From: a virus
Taxonomy: Duplodnaviria > Caudoviricetes
Virus record (IMG/VR): IMGVR_UViG_3300033076_000637
Span: 1-36,412 of that record
DNA length: 36,412 bases
Direction: 5' to 3' (one strand)
How positions within the stretch are numbered: position 1 is the first letter of the stretch; the number at the start of each line of letters is the position of its first letter. The position numbers and the translations under genes were made by a program. Below, one piece after another: positions 20,901-27,788 of the stretch. The notes beneath the pieces were generated by a model. The model was not told the DNA's origin. It made no database searches and saw only the letters and a list, made by a program, of their open reading frames with translations.

Positions 20901-22941
20901 TAACACCTGGGCGGAATTGAATAATTGGACGCTTGGCTCTGGCATTGTTATCTAGTATAACTTCAGTGTGATTGTACTCAGCGGTGGCATTGATAACATC
21001 AATGTGAAACCAGCGATTACTTCTAGTCCAAGCATTTAAATCTTGACTGGCTCGACTAATAGTGAGATAGTCTAATTCGGCTGGCTCAACTGCCACTGTA
21101 CTGTCATTGGCGTCAACAACATAAAGCTCAGGGCAAATAAAGTTTGATACTGGCAACAACTCAATGGCAGTCCCTACTCCACTGACATAGTATTCTTGAT
21201 CGGCATATGAGGCTGGTTCAACGTCGCCTCTAAAAATAACTTTTAACCCATTGGTAAACTTTACTCCATTGGGGCTAGTGTATGTTTTTTTACCCAGTAT
21301 TGTATCAATAAACAAAGTAGAACTTTGAGTTTGATCGATCAGTCGGATAGAACCAACAATGCCAGGATCAGTACCATCTTGATAATACAGTGTATCTAGC
21401 ACAGCAGTAAGATACGGTATACGTTGAAAGTCTCCGCTGGCATTTTTATACCATTGTGTTGAACTGTATTCTGTGCCGTAGTTGATACTAAATTTTTCCA
21501 GTGGCTGCACATCGGCCAATTTATTCAACTGCAAGTAAGTGATGTTGTTGTACAAAATATAACTTATTTGCCAGACTTGGTACCTATCGGTCAAAGGCAC
21601 TTCAGACACTTGGTCAAACAACAAACTATCATAACTTCCTGGCAATGCATTATATGCACTGTTTTCTGGCAAAGGGTCAAACAAAGTGGTTCTCAACCAA
21701 CCACCGTCGGTGGCATCAGTTACTGGGTTAAGAAACACCAGTGTTCTAGTATCTAAGTTTGTAATTCCGTCAATACCGCCATAAGTTTCAATGAACTGCG
21801 CCAAAGGTTGGTTGTTGATTTGATCAAATTTTAATTCAGTTACTAGGTCTACGCTGCCGTAACTGGCTAAGTTATAATAATAATCCTGTGCTGTTTTTAG
21901 TGGTACATCAAATGTCACTGTGCCAAGATCTTCGCCGTTGTTGATAACTCCAAGAACTTCTCTGGTACTTAGGTTAGGGCTGTAGGGATTTTTACCGCTG
22001 ATTCCAGGTTCTGTTTGGATCCAGAAGCCCGGACCAGTGCCTGGGGTAGCATCAACAATGTTAATAACACCAGTCATAGACAATTGATTTTCTGACACAT
22101 AGTACAGCGTGTCAGGGGCGTCCTGCGGCACAATAAATGTAATCAGCCCTGTGGCTGCACCGTTTCTGGTCACGCCAGCATTGTAGGCATAACCGGTGCC
22201 AATGGTTTGTTGAAACTTTATCCAGAATGGATAGTATCCATTGGTGGTTATATCAAAAACATAGGTGTTTCCTCTAACCAGAGTTAGAGTTGGGTTAGGT
22301 TGATAATCAATAACATAAGCAGCAATGCTGTTATTTTGTACCCGGAAGTTTACAGTTTCTTTGGAATTTTGTGCTACCTGGAATGTGTAATTGCCCCCAC
22401 GAACCAAATCAATAGTTGGGTTATTGCCGGCCAGGCCAGAGAAAGTGTACACACCATTTTCTCTATTGACTATAAAATTGTCCGACGTGGGTATACCTGT
22501 GGCAGCAACATCCACAGAATCTGGACCGTTAGGAAGCCAAAAATACTGACTGAAGTTTACAAAAGTATCATAATCAACAAACGGATCCCAGGTGTAATAC
22601 TCACTTTCATACAATCTATCCGGACGTGTGGCATCGCCACCTTGAAAACCAATGGCGTCATTTATGCCTGGGTAAGTAATGACATTTTGAATCGTATCGG
22701 TATCTGGTTTGAGACTTATTACAGCGGCCTCAAGTTGATAGTCTTGACGTGTTTTGTCAGGCTCTACTACGTATTTGTCATTGGGGTCAACACCAGGACC
22801 CACTCGGCGGCCAATGAACCCCTGAGTCTTTTTAAACTTGGGTTCTTGGACTAATTGATCCAAAGTTGCAGCCAAAAACTGCTTGTTTGTATCTGTTTGA
22901 AAAATTTCTGGTAAAAGGTCAACTGTTCTTGTGCGTGCCAT
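8905..22941 (-). CDS. Giant baseplate wedge/adhesin protein (gp7-like position), 4678 aa
   Basis: Uninterrupted 14-kb ORF coupled to gp6-like gene (TAATG); contains FG-GAP-like repeats, CBM5/12-like W..Y..G..V repeats, Ig-like VxVNG..L..GxDY modules, GxGYT..PT repeats and EVKPYHVQIREF. Confidence 0.85.
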   Translation of the reverse strand: MARTRTVDLLPEIFQTDTNKQFLAATLDQLVQEPKFKKTQGFIGRRVGPGVDPNDKYVVEPDKTRQDYQLEAAVISLKPDTDTIQNVITYPGINDAIGFQGGDATRPDRLYESEYYTWDPFVDYDTFVNFSQYFWLPNGPDSVDVAATGIPTSDNFIVNRENGVYTFSGLAGNNPTIDLVRGGNYTFQVAQNSKETVNFRVQNNSIAAYVIDYQPNPTLTLVRGNTYVFDITTNGYYPFWIKFQQTIGTGYAYNAGVTRNGAATGLITFIVPQDAPDTLYYVSENQLSMTGVINIVDATPGTGPGFWIQTEPGISGKNPYSPNLSTREVLGVINNGEDLGTVTFDVPLKTAQDYYYNLASYGSVDLVTELKFDQINNQPLAQFIETYGGIDGITNLDTRTLVFLNPVTDATDGGWLRTTLFDPLPENSAYNALPGSYDSLLFDQVSEVPLTDRYQVWQISYILYNNITYLQLNKLADVQPLEKFSINYGTEYSSTQWYKNASGDFQRIPYLTAVLDTLYYQDGTDPGIVGSIRLIDQTQSSTLFIDTILGKKTYTSPNGVKFTNGLKVIFRGDVEPASYADQEYYVSGVGTAIELLPVSNFICPELYVVDANDSTVAVEPAELDYLTISRASQDLNAWTRSNRWFHIDVINATAEYNHTEVILDNNARAKRPIIQFRPGVRLFNMGTQGKQPINVIDLTQTDAFNNVQGATSYTIDGYNLVEGSRVIFAADEDPNVRNKIYVVSFITPDSSPPIPAPYTGQPIINLTVATDGVFLTDQSTVCLSGNTLVGKTFWYDGSNYYEAQLKTSIQQAPLFNVYDSAGVSFSNQTKYPSSNFVGTKLFSYATPSTGVIDSILKFPLQYLNINNVGDIVFDNNLYKDTFVYTRDNVSATENISSGFVREYSDRTVYQRQIGWQTAVSPTLIRQQFQFTYNGGTLKLDVKVAADYPVPAVKVYVGSQFRDPGTYTYITTDTTTTITLDSTYALGDIVEVEALSEQTSKQAFYQVPLNLEKNPLNGNSNYFTLGTIRTHYESICQNLTTIVGKINGANNTRDLGNIGPWGQVILQQSAPLTLTGYFLRSTDYNIFASLDFNSKEYLKFKNQMLNAVTQQTIQFQTTAEVLDTAIASVTLGKVETQPFYWSDMIPQGALYTTTTYTISFVTTSTFDTVYVHNYSSANYLGMNVYLNDTILVRGLEYTVATDGPRITILTDLNVGDTLTIREYSSTAGSYVPNTPSKMGLYPAWRPQIVTEQSTSGEVQGIVGHDGSFTPLFGDIRDDVLLEFETRIYNNIKLDGNPVPLEAVDVIPGAFRNTGFDINEINSILATEFLNYVGWNKLDYRTQDFFATNEFSWNYSDSVGTLENVTLPGAWRGINRYFYDTQQPQLAPWEMLGFSERPDYWLDAYGPGPYTNTNLVLWDDLEAGYVADPTEPYVKPAYIRPGLTKVIPTGSQGELLSPADSVVSNLNAERIKKSWQVGDGGPVEASWWNSSVYPFAAMKLLAITRPAKFFALFADRDLYKYSDEFGQYLYNNRYRLDANGVEVYGNGVSKASYINWIVDFNRMTGLDSTAFIQADLQNLDVRLCYRMASFSDKQYIKIYTEKSSPNSQNTAFLIPDESYDLMLYKNQPFDHISYSSVVVKQVTGGFTVFGYSTSQAFFDILLPQQTGQYQLVNAGGSAVQVPTKWTNNIGRVPYGYIFATQAEVVEFLLSYGKYLEYQGLTFTDRFNGYQLDWQQMAREFLYWSQQGWNENALINLNPLANKLSVTKPRAVVDNIFTQTQQSVLVDQNRNQLDTRNLNIVRLENTFSVEPLNGESLSGVDLKFTNYEHLIVLNNQSVFGDLIYEPITGARQSRLNLIAVTTTEWNGALDAQGFILNRDNIQEWTGLRTYAKGELVKYKNQYWSAATIVQPSEKFNFNDWYQSDYTQIELGLLPNLANKANQLANSYNINGANLESDNDLLAYGLIGFRPRQYMAALNLDDVSQVNIYRQFLHSKGTLLSTELFGQANLGKESADYQVYENWAVQRGVYGANANRSFFELRLNRGLLNSNPSLVQVINPNQPSDADQAIQLGNIWRESYKLTSPNILPTTTDLPLDIGLPTAGYVNLDDADITVFDINNNASLKANIDKIQVGTSIWAAKVNSYDWGIYRAEPVPGIVQHVCDNLDNTSRVIFSTAHGLSVGDKLIIKFFDDEVNGVYDVVSVVNLNTVNIVFQFRGSRTVADGNGLGFTLQTMRVDQPSEVGDLPYALAIQPGARVWVDNNGDGLWEVIEKQYVFTNNIELAPVLLDAGEQYGASVAQSDNRLASLVGSPRYGFNTGTETGAVYLYVKSYSDQYTPVSPLQSGDGILTLDTTGLRGYGNAVDFGGSTWAVAGASASLGSWGIDNYGYAVVIYRDPALGEPGVLPYAQWQILVAEDGAGILFDVPTKFGSSVAMSNDERWLYVGAPVYNKVYAYGRVDWQNQFITQLADGVTTSYEIADVIQIDANTQLLVYVNGKLLTLGVDYNIAAYSTVNFVTAPSEGALIRFQRINTQYVSATGLTNNYNISQYFFTVDNIYAVNVYIDDVLQRPFLDYYYDGAGGINFDTTPSAGTNNLKFVAQSYFKYVDTLSPAGLSGTAMFGSSIAVSTDGRQVVVGAPGQTVDGELEAGAIYVFDRDVQRFIYGQDPSSVTFTTLGTMTGPISVTVNGEFLINQTDAVIDAPNSFTVSGNDVTVLTDLTVGDVVEIETNQFSLMQTISQDSVAEFSNFGTSVELCRYNCSVYSGAPQSSAQIFKGGVVERSVNVARIYGSITATVANPTLTAGDTLRVNNMDVPVPSAPNNTVTSLASEINAMVPNVTASVSNGYLTITVTNSNSAPVANKVSVLPGSIGSVWTDCGFEPFVFTQQIQNPYPLEMASFGQSISLDESATSLVVGANNGTQYIQIEWDDNTTIWDVGATVFFSSTAQSGAVYTFDLLNSSSNTQANPSMFVFGDQIVGTNIASYDDYGIAVNYKGGILLVGAPGNDAGDSAANFGRVFVFENPNRTPAWVPVYVEQPTVDIRLLNSVFFYDKVTSARTEFLDFFNPLQGKILGAARQNIDYIGAIDPAMYNNGTINNLGTTWFGHHVGEVWWDISTVRFIDPNQDSIVYASRRWAQIFPGSTVDIYQWIQSTVPPANYTGPGTPKDVVSYTSNTTLNQDGTLATNYYFWVKDLTTIAVNQGKTLPISTVSRYIADPKSSGIPYIAPINASTVALYNSGDLIEAEDTILHIEFDRILTDANVHVEYELVAEGLADGWISQSLYKKLQDSFCGVDTFGNQVPDPNLFEAERYGVQFRPRQSMFINRFDALKNYLTRVNSVLSLYPVVETKTFVLLNSKEPVPSANSGQWDFEVANLEILSYQDIYAVPLGYTYLVLSDSSNNGFWTIYTVIESETQTGVRELLLSRVQNYYTPAYWSHIDWYLPGYNSSTKVLVEVSNYAALAALDVPVGSSVKVTANAQGKWEIYLKTVTGWDRVALQDGTIEFSAELWDYELGRFGFDVEVFDAQYFDQEPVIETRKIIQAINEELFVGDLLIERNRALMLMFNFVLSEFSAPEWLVKTSLIDVSHRIRNLEPYQNYRRDNQEFVLDYIQEVKPYHVQIREFNLTYNGNDVFLGDITDFDLPAYYNTSLTVPKYTSPILLPYNHSSYQPFNIDSDVYEDDPIWSKWPYSQWLSNYTLSVDSVQMIDQGVGYTVAPTVIVQGDCIEAAEVVPVLNFIGQIVGVNVLNPGVGYTSTPTIVFDGGNGTGAKAYAVMTNDLVRSFRTTIKYDRFQYQTSIVTWSPDGTYVNGTLVRHNNAVWRAENSDGSSANVGPEFNLEDWVEVPASQLSGVDRTMGYYVPSASLPGLELPLLIDGTDYPGVQVWGNYFGAPLPLDADYESNYTDVALGTRFSDINVEGGQYLGPYEGHAPEELVNGAEYDTLDLRVYTRPGSDWSAYDGLPGENGHGFQVNSVRYTLESGVSTYSWQGVTEFPVQVLVSNITTGRDLYPDIDFTIDWDAETVTIVGGVTVNDNFNIFVYELGGGSQLYRDLLIGAVGSTVLIPVNAAEINQLVVFRNGSPTTGNTFEAWEEHVEWSIISSYNKFDVVTDSGDYYRALQDVPAGTAIFNTTYWLPFVPTLQTLVTFGFTPTVNDGISLCALGYTTPEQYSWSTPVVQYFTATALTASNRTITLTNSTEGTNPVNACVVQNGLRLKPPGSIEWIGDDSSTEFGLPQRLGFSQALINAPTDVMVWVDNQLQVQTVGATVGTYSVTSYTGSETPGRQVVFNTPPAAGARILIAITTLAGWQIVGNSLFMTGIVNIGDQFAITTWNDTSQQDLLTQVFYGPVYSGISIFEGYDQTDYDLATVSNTPGSFDYAVGINIPSNDFNLLRTVSANRLWVTLDGTRLFEGVDFTVENQQLILASGAIGPTQTLVVTEFAETFVPDAAAFRIFQDMRGVQATYRITPETTTVLTQDLTADATVAYVENVSRLSQPNLAANIYGVITIDGERIMYRDIDYTNNAILGMRRGTGGTGAAEHSAGTDVYDMGRGNLLNGDYQNYTVQDTSIGDGSTSVFYAPSIQFDDFLDSSSERPAVEVYVGGVRQYAYSDTTATSQYRWFVTDFDPLAVDFVVDPSLGLFAPESGVEVTILVRQGKWWYDIATEAERVQSLQENNSSAARFLTNR

Positions 22942-25900
22942 TAGATAACTCCACTACCTGGTGCAGTGCGTAAATTAGTGCTTGTCAAAGCTTCGATCAC
23001 ATCAATGTTGGCAATGGTTGCCGCATTGACAAAAATTTCGTTGGGCTGACTTCTGATTTCGTACAGATCGCCAAAACTCTTCTGTACATCGAGTGGTACC
23101 AGAACCACCGAACTGATTATAGTACCTAACTGTCTATGCAAATAAGCTGCCAACTCTGAGAAATAAAATGTATCCCCAAAGTTCCACTTGTCGATACTAA
23201 AATAATTGTTCATCTCTGCAACTACCGCAGATTTAATTTCGCTGGTACTAGCAGTTGAACCTTGAGCACGTATCACTTTGATTGTGGCTCTTAACTGTTG
23301 TGATGCTTTGGAGCCAAACAATGGCTTGAATGTCACAGAGTTTAACACAATGTTGTCGCTCAACATCTTGTAATCATTGAGACCTTGATAAGCAGTGTTA
23401 AGTTCATCTAGAGTAGGTACAGAAGGTTGTGCTACGGTGCCTGTGGTATCTCTGATCCAGTTCTGATATGCTGTATAATACTCTTGAGTAACAACATACA
23501 AATCAATGATGTTAGTGGTACCTGGATCAATTCTGTTGGTCAACGTAGCGTTGTGACGGTATTGGTAGTACAGAGCTTGGCGACCTGTACGAGCGATCCA
23601 ACCAGTGGTTTCTACCAAAGTTCTAACGTTGGTAGTTGATATAGTTAATTGGTAGAACTTTTCTTGGCTATAAGCATAGAAAATTTGACCCGGTACCCAC
23701 TCACTCTTGACTAATTCAATGTCGTCAAGTGTGGCGTAATCTGAGTTTACTACTCCCGGTTCAACCAACAAATAACGTTGTAAATTATCAAAGTCTACAG
23801 TTTGTTGCAAGAACACTAACTTTTGATTGGGTTCAACTGTAGGCGCAACAATTTCGTCAAAGAAGTCAGGATTGTCGGGTACGCCGTCGTTGTCTGAATC
23901 TCTGTAACTCACCAACACCTGGAAATCATCTACATAGCCGTCACTCTCTACTGGCTGACCAATAATTGTGGTGTATATATCGCCAGGTAAAGGCTCAGTT
24001 GAGTCTGGTTTGGTGTTTACTGCTAGAACATTGATAAAATCTTTGATAATGGTTCCAGTTCTACTGTCGTAGATTGCTTGATCATCATAAAAGAAAAATC
24101 TAGTTTGTAACACACTGCCAAAGTAATATGACAAGCCACGGAATGTAATTGTGTAATTTTGATTCTGCACCACAAACTGAATTAGCCAACTGGCATCGCT
24201 GTTGGTACCAGCGGTTGAACCAGCATTGGCTAAACTAAAGGTAGCGTCTTGATCTAAATTTGTACTTGTGATCAAATACCATGTGTAAGGTGTGCCTGTG
24301 ATAGTACCGTCGTTGTCATAGCCCAGTCCAAAATTGCGGAACAGTACAATTTGTTCACTGATTTGTTGTTCAACACTGAGCGGCAAGTCTGTAACAAACA
24401 ATGGTATGATTGTATCAACAATGGCTCCAGTAGGGATAAAGTTGTTGAGCGCAATTGGACCGGCTCCTGAAGTTAAGTTGCCTAGCCCTGAATTCATACC
24501 ATCGCCGATGACTTCCATTGGGCTAGCCCAAACTTCTGTGCGTTCATCCGGTTTGGTTGGTGTTCCAGGTTGCAATCTGTTGTTGCGATCAAAGTAGTAA
24601 GTAACACCGTTAATAGTAGGTGCCACAAACTTGATAAGACTTCCAACTATGGCGTATTTAAATGCTGTGGTAGACGGTGTTCCAACAGGAATTGGTGTCC
24701 CGGCAGCATTTTTAAAATAACCAGTGGTTTCGTTTGCCAATGTTGTGCTCTGTTGCCAGTAACTGCCAGCAGTGAGTCCAGTGTTAACACTCTGTCTAGG
24801 AAAGTTAGCATAATAAAATTGCTTCATTGTGGCTTCGCCAATCTGTGGCTGTACCTGATTGGCGATTACATCAGCGATTTCATTTCTGTTGGTCCACGAG
24901 AATAAAATAGTAGGAAGAACATTGTTCTCCCATAGGCCACCATCACTGCCAAATGTGTTGGTAGAACTGTACTTGCCTGTGTTATCAACCAAGTCAAGAT
25001 AACGGCTGGTGCCAATTGATGCACGGTTCAAGGCCTTTGACTTGATAATTGAATTATATTGTGTATAAGGAAAGAGATTGTAGTCTTCGCCATTGACCAT
25101 ACGGTTCTGTGTGTAGTAACGAGCAGGAGCACGTTGCTTGATTTCAGCAATAGGCTCACGTGCCTGTGAGTTACTCACAGGTTGTGTGATGCCACAGGTA
25201 AATGTAATGGTCTGCAGATTGCCATTGCGATCAGTGTAACTGATAGGCAACACAACACTTTGCATTTCTTCAGGATTGATGATATACTGCAAACCATTGC
25301 TGGCACGTACCCAAGCACGGAAAATTCCCACAGGAATTTCTGAAAATACACCATCACCAAACACCATGGTAATTTGATCGTTGGTGCGGCTAGTGGTACT
25401 AAAAATTGGTCGCAGTGTGGTAGTTTGTTCGCCTGCGCCAGCATAAATGTTTTCAGTGTAGGCCCATTCACGACTGATGTTGCCAAGGTTGTCAAGTTGG
25501 AACAACCAGCGGTCTTCGTTGTTAACACCTTCGATGTTGATGTTTACTGTACGGTTGGCAATACGCTCGGCCAAGTTAAAGTCTTGGTTTTGCAATGTTC
25601 CTTGTTTGAACAAGAAAAAGTATCCTGTGTTGGCACTTTGAAACCCAAGATTGTCGTTGCGGAACAATATGTTAAAAGGTACGTTGGCCTGTGGGCTTGG
25701 TTCGTACACATAGTTTCTGCCAGCCATGGTAGCGTTTACTGCTTCAAATGGCATGTTGACTCCGTCAACTGTGGCGCTGTAAGGAATTACAGGTAAAAAT
25801 CCTGGCACCAAGTTAATTGAGTATTCGTCTGTGCGAACATTCAAAATTGTTTGTCTTGCGCCTGGTCTTCCTATTTTTTGTGTGTCTACCAAACTTGCAT

Positions 25901-26381
25901 TGATAATTGCAGTAAATTGTTCTTGCCAATCTGGATTGGTAGCATCAGCCCAGTTTACAGTGACATTGGAAAGATTAACACCATTGTAGTCTACTACGTT
26001 TTCTGTAGTCATTACAGAAAATACCTTAAGGTATCCTTGTGCGGCTGTGTTGCGCTTGGCGGTATAACTCACTAGGTTGGCAAGACGCACCACTGAATCA
26101 CGACGTTCAGCAGTGTCTAAATAATTTTCACGAGTGTTAAGATCAGTACGGAAGGCCAGGCTTTGTCCCATGAACGCAATGATGTCCAAGAGAGCAATAA
26201 ATTCAGATGATTCAATGTAGTCATTGAATGTTTCAGGATAGTACAAACGCAGATAGTCCACAAAACTTTTGCGCAAAGTTTCAAAATCGTAACTTTGGAA
26301 GTCTGCTTCACGATAGGTTTGATAGATCTGTTTCCAGTCCTCTACACCAAAGATTGCTGTTTGTCTAGTAGTTTTTGCCAT
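22941..26381 (-). CDS. Baseplate wedge subunit, T4 gp6-like
   Basis: 1146 aa; SYDFETLRKS..YL...YPE.FNDY.ESS, ENYLDTAERRDSVVRLANLVSY, FGDGVF..IP.G, IKQRAP..YYTQNRMVNGEDY are baseplate J/gp6 hallmarks; follows gp25. Confidence 0.92.
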   Translation of the reverse strand: MAKTTRQTAIFGVEDWKQIYQTYREADFQSYDFETLRKSFVDYLRLYYPETFNDYIESSEFIALLDIIAFMGQSLAFRTDLNTRENYLDTAERRDSVVRLANLVSYTAKRNTAAQGYLKVFSVMTTENVVDYNGVNLSNVTVNWADATNPDWQEQFTAIINASLVDTQKIGRPGARQTILNVRTDEYSINLVPGFLPVIPYSATVDGVNMPFEAVNATMAGRNYVYEPSPQANVPFNILFRNDNLGFQSANTGYFFLFKQGTLQNQDFNLAERIANRTVNINIEGVNNEDRWLFQLDNLGNISREWAYTENIYAGAGEQTTTLRPIFSTTSRTNDQITMVFGDGVFSEIPVGIFRAWVRASNGLQYIINPEEMQSVVLPISYTDRNGNLQTITFTCGITQPVSNSQAREPIAEIKQRAPARYYTQNRMVNGEDYNLFPYTQYNSIIKSKALNRASIGTSRYLDLVDNTGKYSSTNTFGSDGGLWENNVLPTILFSWTNRNEIADVIANQVQPQIGEATMKQFYYANFPRQSVNTGLTAGSYWQQSTTLANETTGYFKNAAGTPIPVGTPSTTAFKYAIVGSLIKFVAPTINGVTYYFDRNNRLQPGTPTKPDERTEVWASPMEVIGDGMNSGLGNLTSGAGPIALNNFIPTGAIVDTIIPLFVTDLPLSVEQQISEQIVLFRNFGLGYDNDGTITGTPYTWYLITSTNLDQDATFSLANAGSTAGTNSDASWLIQFVVQNQNYTITFRGLSYYFGSVLQTRFFFYDDQAIYDSRTGTIIKDFINVLAVNTKPDSTEPLPGDIYTTIIGQPVESDGYVDDFQVLVSYRDSDNDGVPDNPDFFDEIVAPTVEPNQKLVFLQQTVDFDNLQRYLLVEPGVVNSDYATLDDIELVKSEWVPGQIFYAYSQEKFYQLTISTTNVRTLVETTGWIARTGRQALYYQYRHNATLTNRIDPGTTNIIDLYVVTQEYYTAYQNWIRDTTGTVAQPSVPTLDELNTAYQGLNDYKMLSDNIVLNSVTFKPLFGSKASQQLRATIKVIRAQGSTASTSEIKSAVVAEMNNYFSIDKWNFGDTFYFSELAAYLHRQLGTIISSVVLVPLDVQKSFGDLYEIRSQPNEIFVNAATIANIDVIEALTSTNLRTAPGSGVI

Positions 26382-26399
26382 GCTCTACACCTTGTGTTG

Positions 26400-26422
26400 T
26401 ATTTACCATAGTAAAAAACGGC
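26400..26422 (-). promoter_or_regulatory. Late promoter-like element GCCGTTTTTTACTATGG-TAAATA
   Basis: TAAATA core in the gp25-gp6 intergenic gap, AAGG SD downstream; upstream GCCG.TTTT shared with 33919-33941. Confidence 0.6.
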
Positions 26423-26426
26423 GTAG

Positions 26427-26801
26427 TTATACGTAAGTGGCACTGCGTTGTAATTGATCAAAAAAGATGGCCAGACGCTCAGAGTTCTGTGAAGGCACAA
26501 CCTGTAGGTTGACCTGTACTAGAATGCCATTTTCTTGCGGATAAATCTCAATGTCATTGATAGCAATTCTAGGATCTTGTCCTGCCACTCGCTGTATTTC
26601 AGCACGTATGGTTTCAACCAGGCTTTCAACTTGGTTTTCAAACAAAAAAGTCCACATCACTGTACCATAAGCAGGGCGCCCTGGTAACTCACCTTGACGG
26701 ATGTTAAATGCGTTTAACAAATCTTGTTTGATCAATTCAAAGCCAGTCAGCGTAAACTTTTTAACTTGGTTGATTGTGTTGAAACCTATAAATGTTGTCA
26801 T
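26427..26801 (-). CDS. Baseplate wedge subunit, gp25-like (GPW/gp25)
   Basis: 124 aa; LIKQDLLNAFNIRQGELPGRPAYGT...LFE...DPRI is the gp25 signature. Confidence 0.92.
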   Translation of the reverse strand: MTTFIGFNTINQVKKFTLTGFELIKQDLLNAFNIRQGELPGRPAYGTVMWTFLFENQVESLVETIRAEIQRVAGQDPRIAINDIEIYPQENGILVQVNLQVVPSQNSERLAIFFDQLQRSATYV

Positions 26802-26806
26802 ACAGA

Positions 26807-26814
26807 TATTTATT
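26807..26814 (-). promoter_or_regulatory. Late promoter-like box AATAAATA, near-leaderless
   Basis: TAAATA followed by TCTGT then the gp25 ATG (5-nt gap), no SD. Confidence 0.55.
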
Positions 26815-26822
26815 GGTTAAAA

Positions 26823-27788
26823 TTATTCAGTATAAGTCAACTTAGGAATCTTAGGATCGCCCAAGATGCGTTGTGTGGCTGCATTGAGTGTTGCACGATT
26901 AACTGTGTTTGCGGATCCTGTGATTTTTTCTTCTTCCAACATGGCTCCGTTGGCTTTGAGGTCAGAAAGATTAACACCAAAAGCTCCTGATGTTGCTACT
27001 TGATCAAATGATGTTTTTAAGTCTGTTGGCAAGGCCGCACCTTTTGACCAGGCGGCGGCTGCGGGGACACTTTTGGCAGCATTTAACGCCGCTCCTACTG
27101 CTGCCTGAGGATTCAATGAGCCTACTGGAATTCCCACAGTTTTTAGTGCGTTCAATCCATTGCTCATCAAAGATTGTTGGGTTAGATTTTGTATTGATGG
27201 ATTTTTTAGCATTGCACCAGCCGAAGTTATTCCGTCTTTGCCTGTCCATACTGTGGGACTTTTAAGCACATCAGCAATAGTGCTGCCTGCTGTTCTTGCA
27301 CTAATGCCAGGTTTTACATATCCTGCTGTTTCAAGTTGCGATACATTTAAACCAAAACATCCAAGGCCGTTGTTATTACTCAACACAGAAGTAGGTTGAT
27401 TTACCAAGCGTTGTAGACTTGACAATCCTGCTGTAACAGCAGTTGCTGGTAATCCAGCCATTGCCGCCACACCTTGTGCTGACTTGGCCAGATTTCCAAG
27501 ATTTATAGGAGAGGTTGGTAGAATACCGCTAGTTAATGTTCGAGTAATTCCAGCCACAGCAGCAGGTGCAGCCGGAAAAACTGATCCCATAGCACTGCTA
27601 ACAGCACCGGTTACGCCTCCCAGTGCTTGTGTCGTACTGTTTATTACACTGCCTGGAGACAACCCCACTAGTGCGCCAGTTTTAGATTGAGTTTCAAAAA
27701 TTTCTCTAGCGCGAGATTCAGTTAGCGATTCAGGTCCTGACACAGTAAATTGTTTTCTTGAACTGTCAGTAAATGTGTATTCTGCCAT
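26823..27788 (-). CDS. Baseplate-associated protein with degenerate lysozyme-like domain
   Basis: 321 aa between gp5 and gp25; GLGCFGLNVSQLETAGYVKPG...WTGKDGITS...LKNPSIQ resembles phage lysozyme-like domains; TAATG coupling to gp5 C-part. Domain call from recall only. Confidence 0.55.
   Translation of the reverse strand: MAEYTFTDSSRKQFTVSGPESLTESRAREIFETQSKTGALVGLSPGSVINSTTQALGGVTGAVSSAMGSVFPAAPAAVAGITRTLTSGILPTSPINLGNLAKSAQGVAAMAGLPATAVTAGLSSLQRLVNQPTSVLSNNNGLGCFGLNVSQLETAGYVKPGISARTAGSTIADVLKSPTVWTGKDGITSAGAMLKNPSIQNLTQQSLMSNGLNALKTVGIPVGSLNPQAAVGAALNAAKSVPAAAAWSKGAALPTDLKTSFDQVATSGAFGVNLSDLKANGAMLEEEKITGSANTVNRATLNAATQRILGDPKIPKLTYTE

Noticed and set aside
22300-22854. 184-aa plus-strand ORF
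   Set aside because: Antisense to the N-terminus of the giant wedge gene; no recognisable motif.
8905-22941. Intein or intron in the giant ORF; D-S-S/D-S-T tripeptides as O-glycosylation motifs
   Set aside because: No intein splice motifs (C...HN) or LAGLIDADG/HNH domain seen; the DS(S/T) occurrences are not clearly above expectation for this composition.
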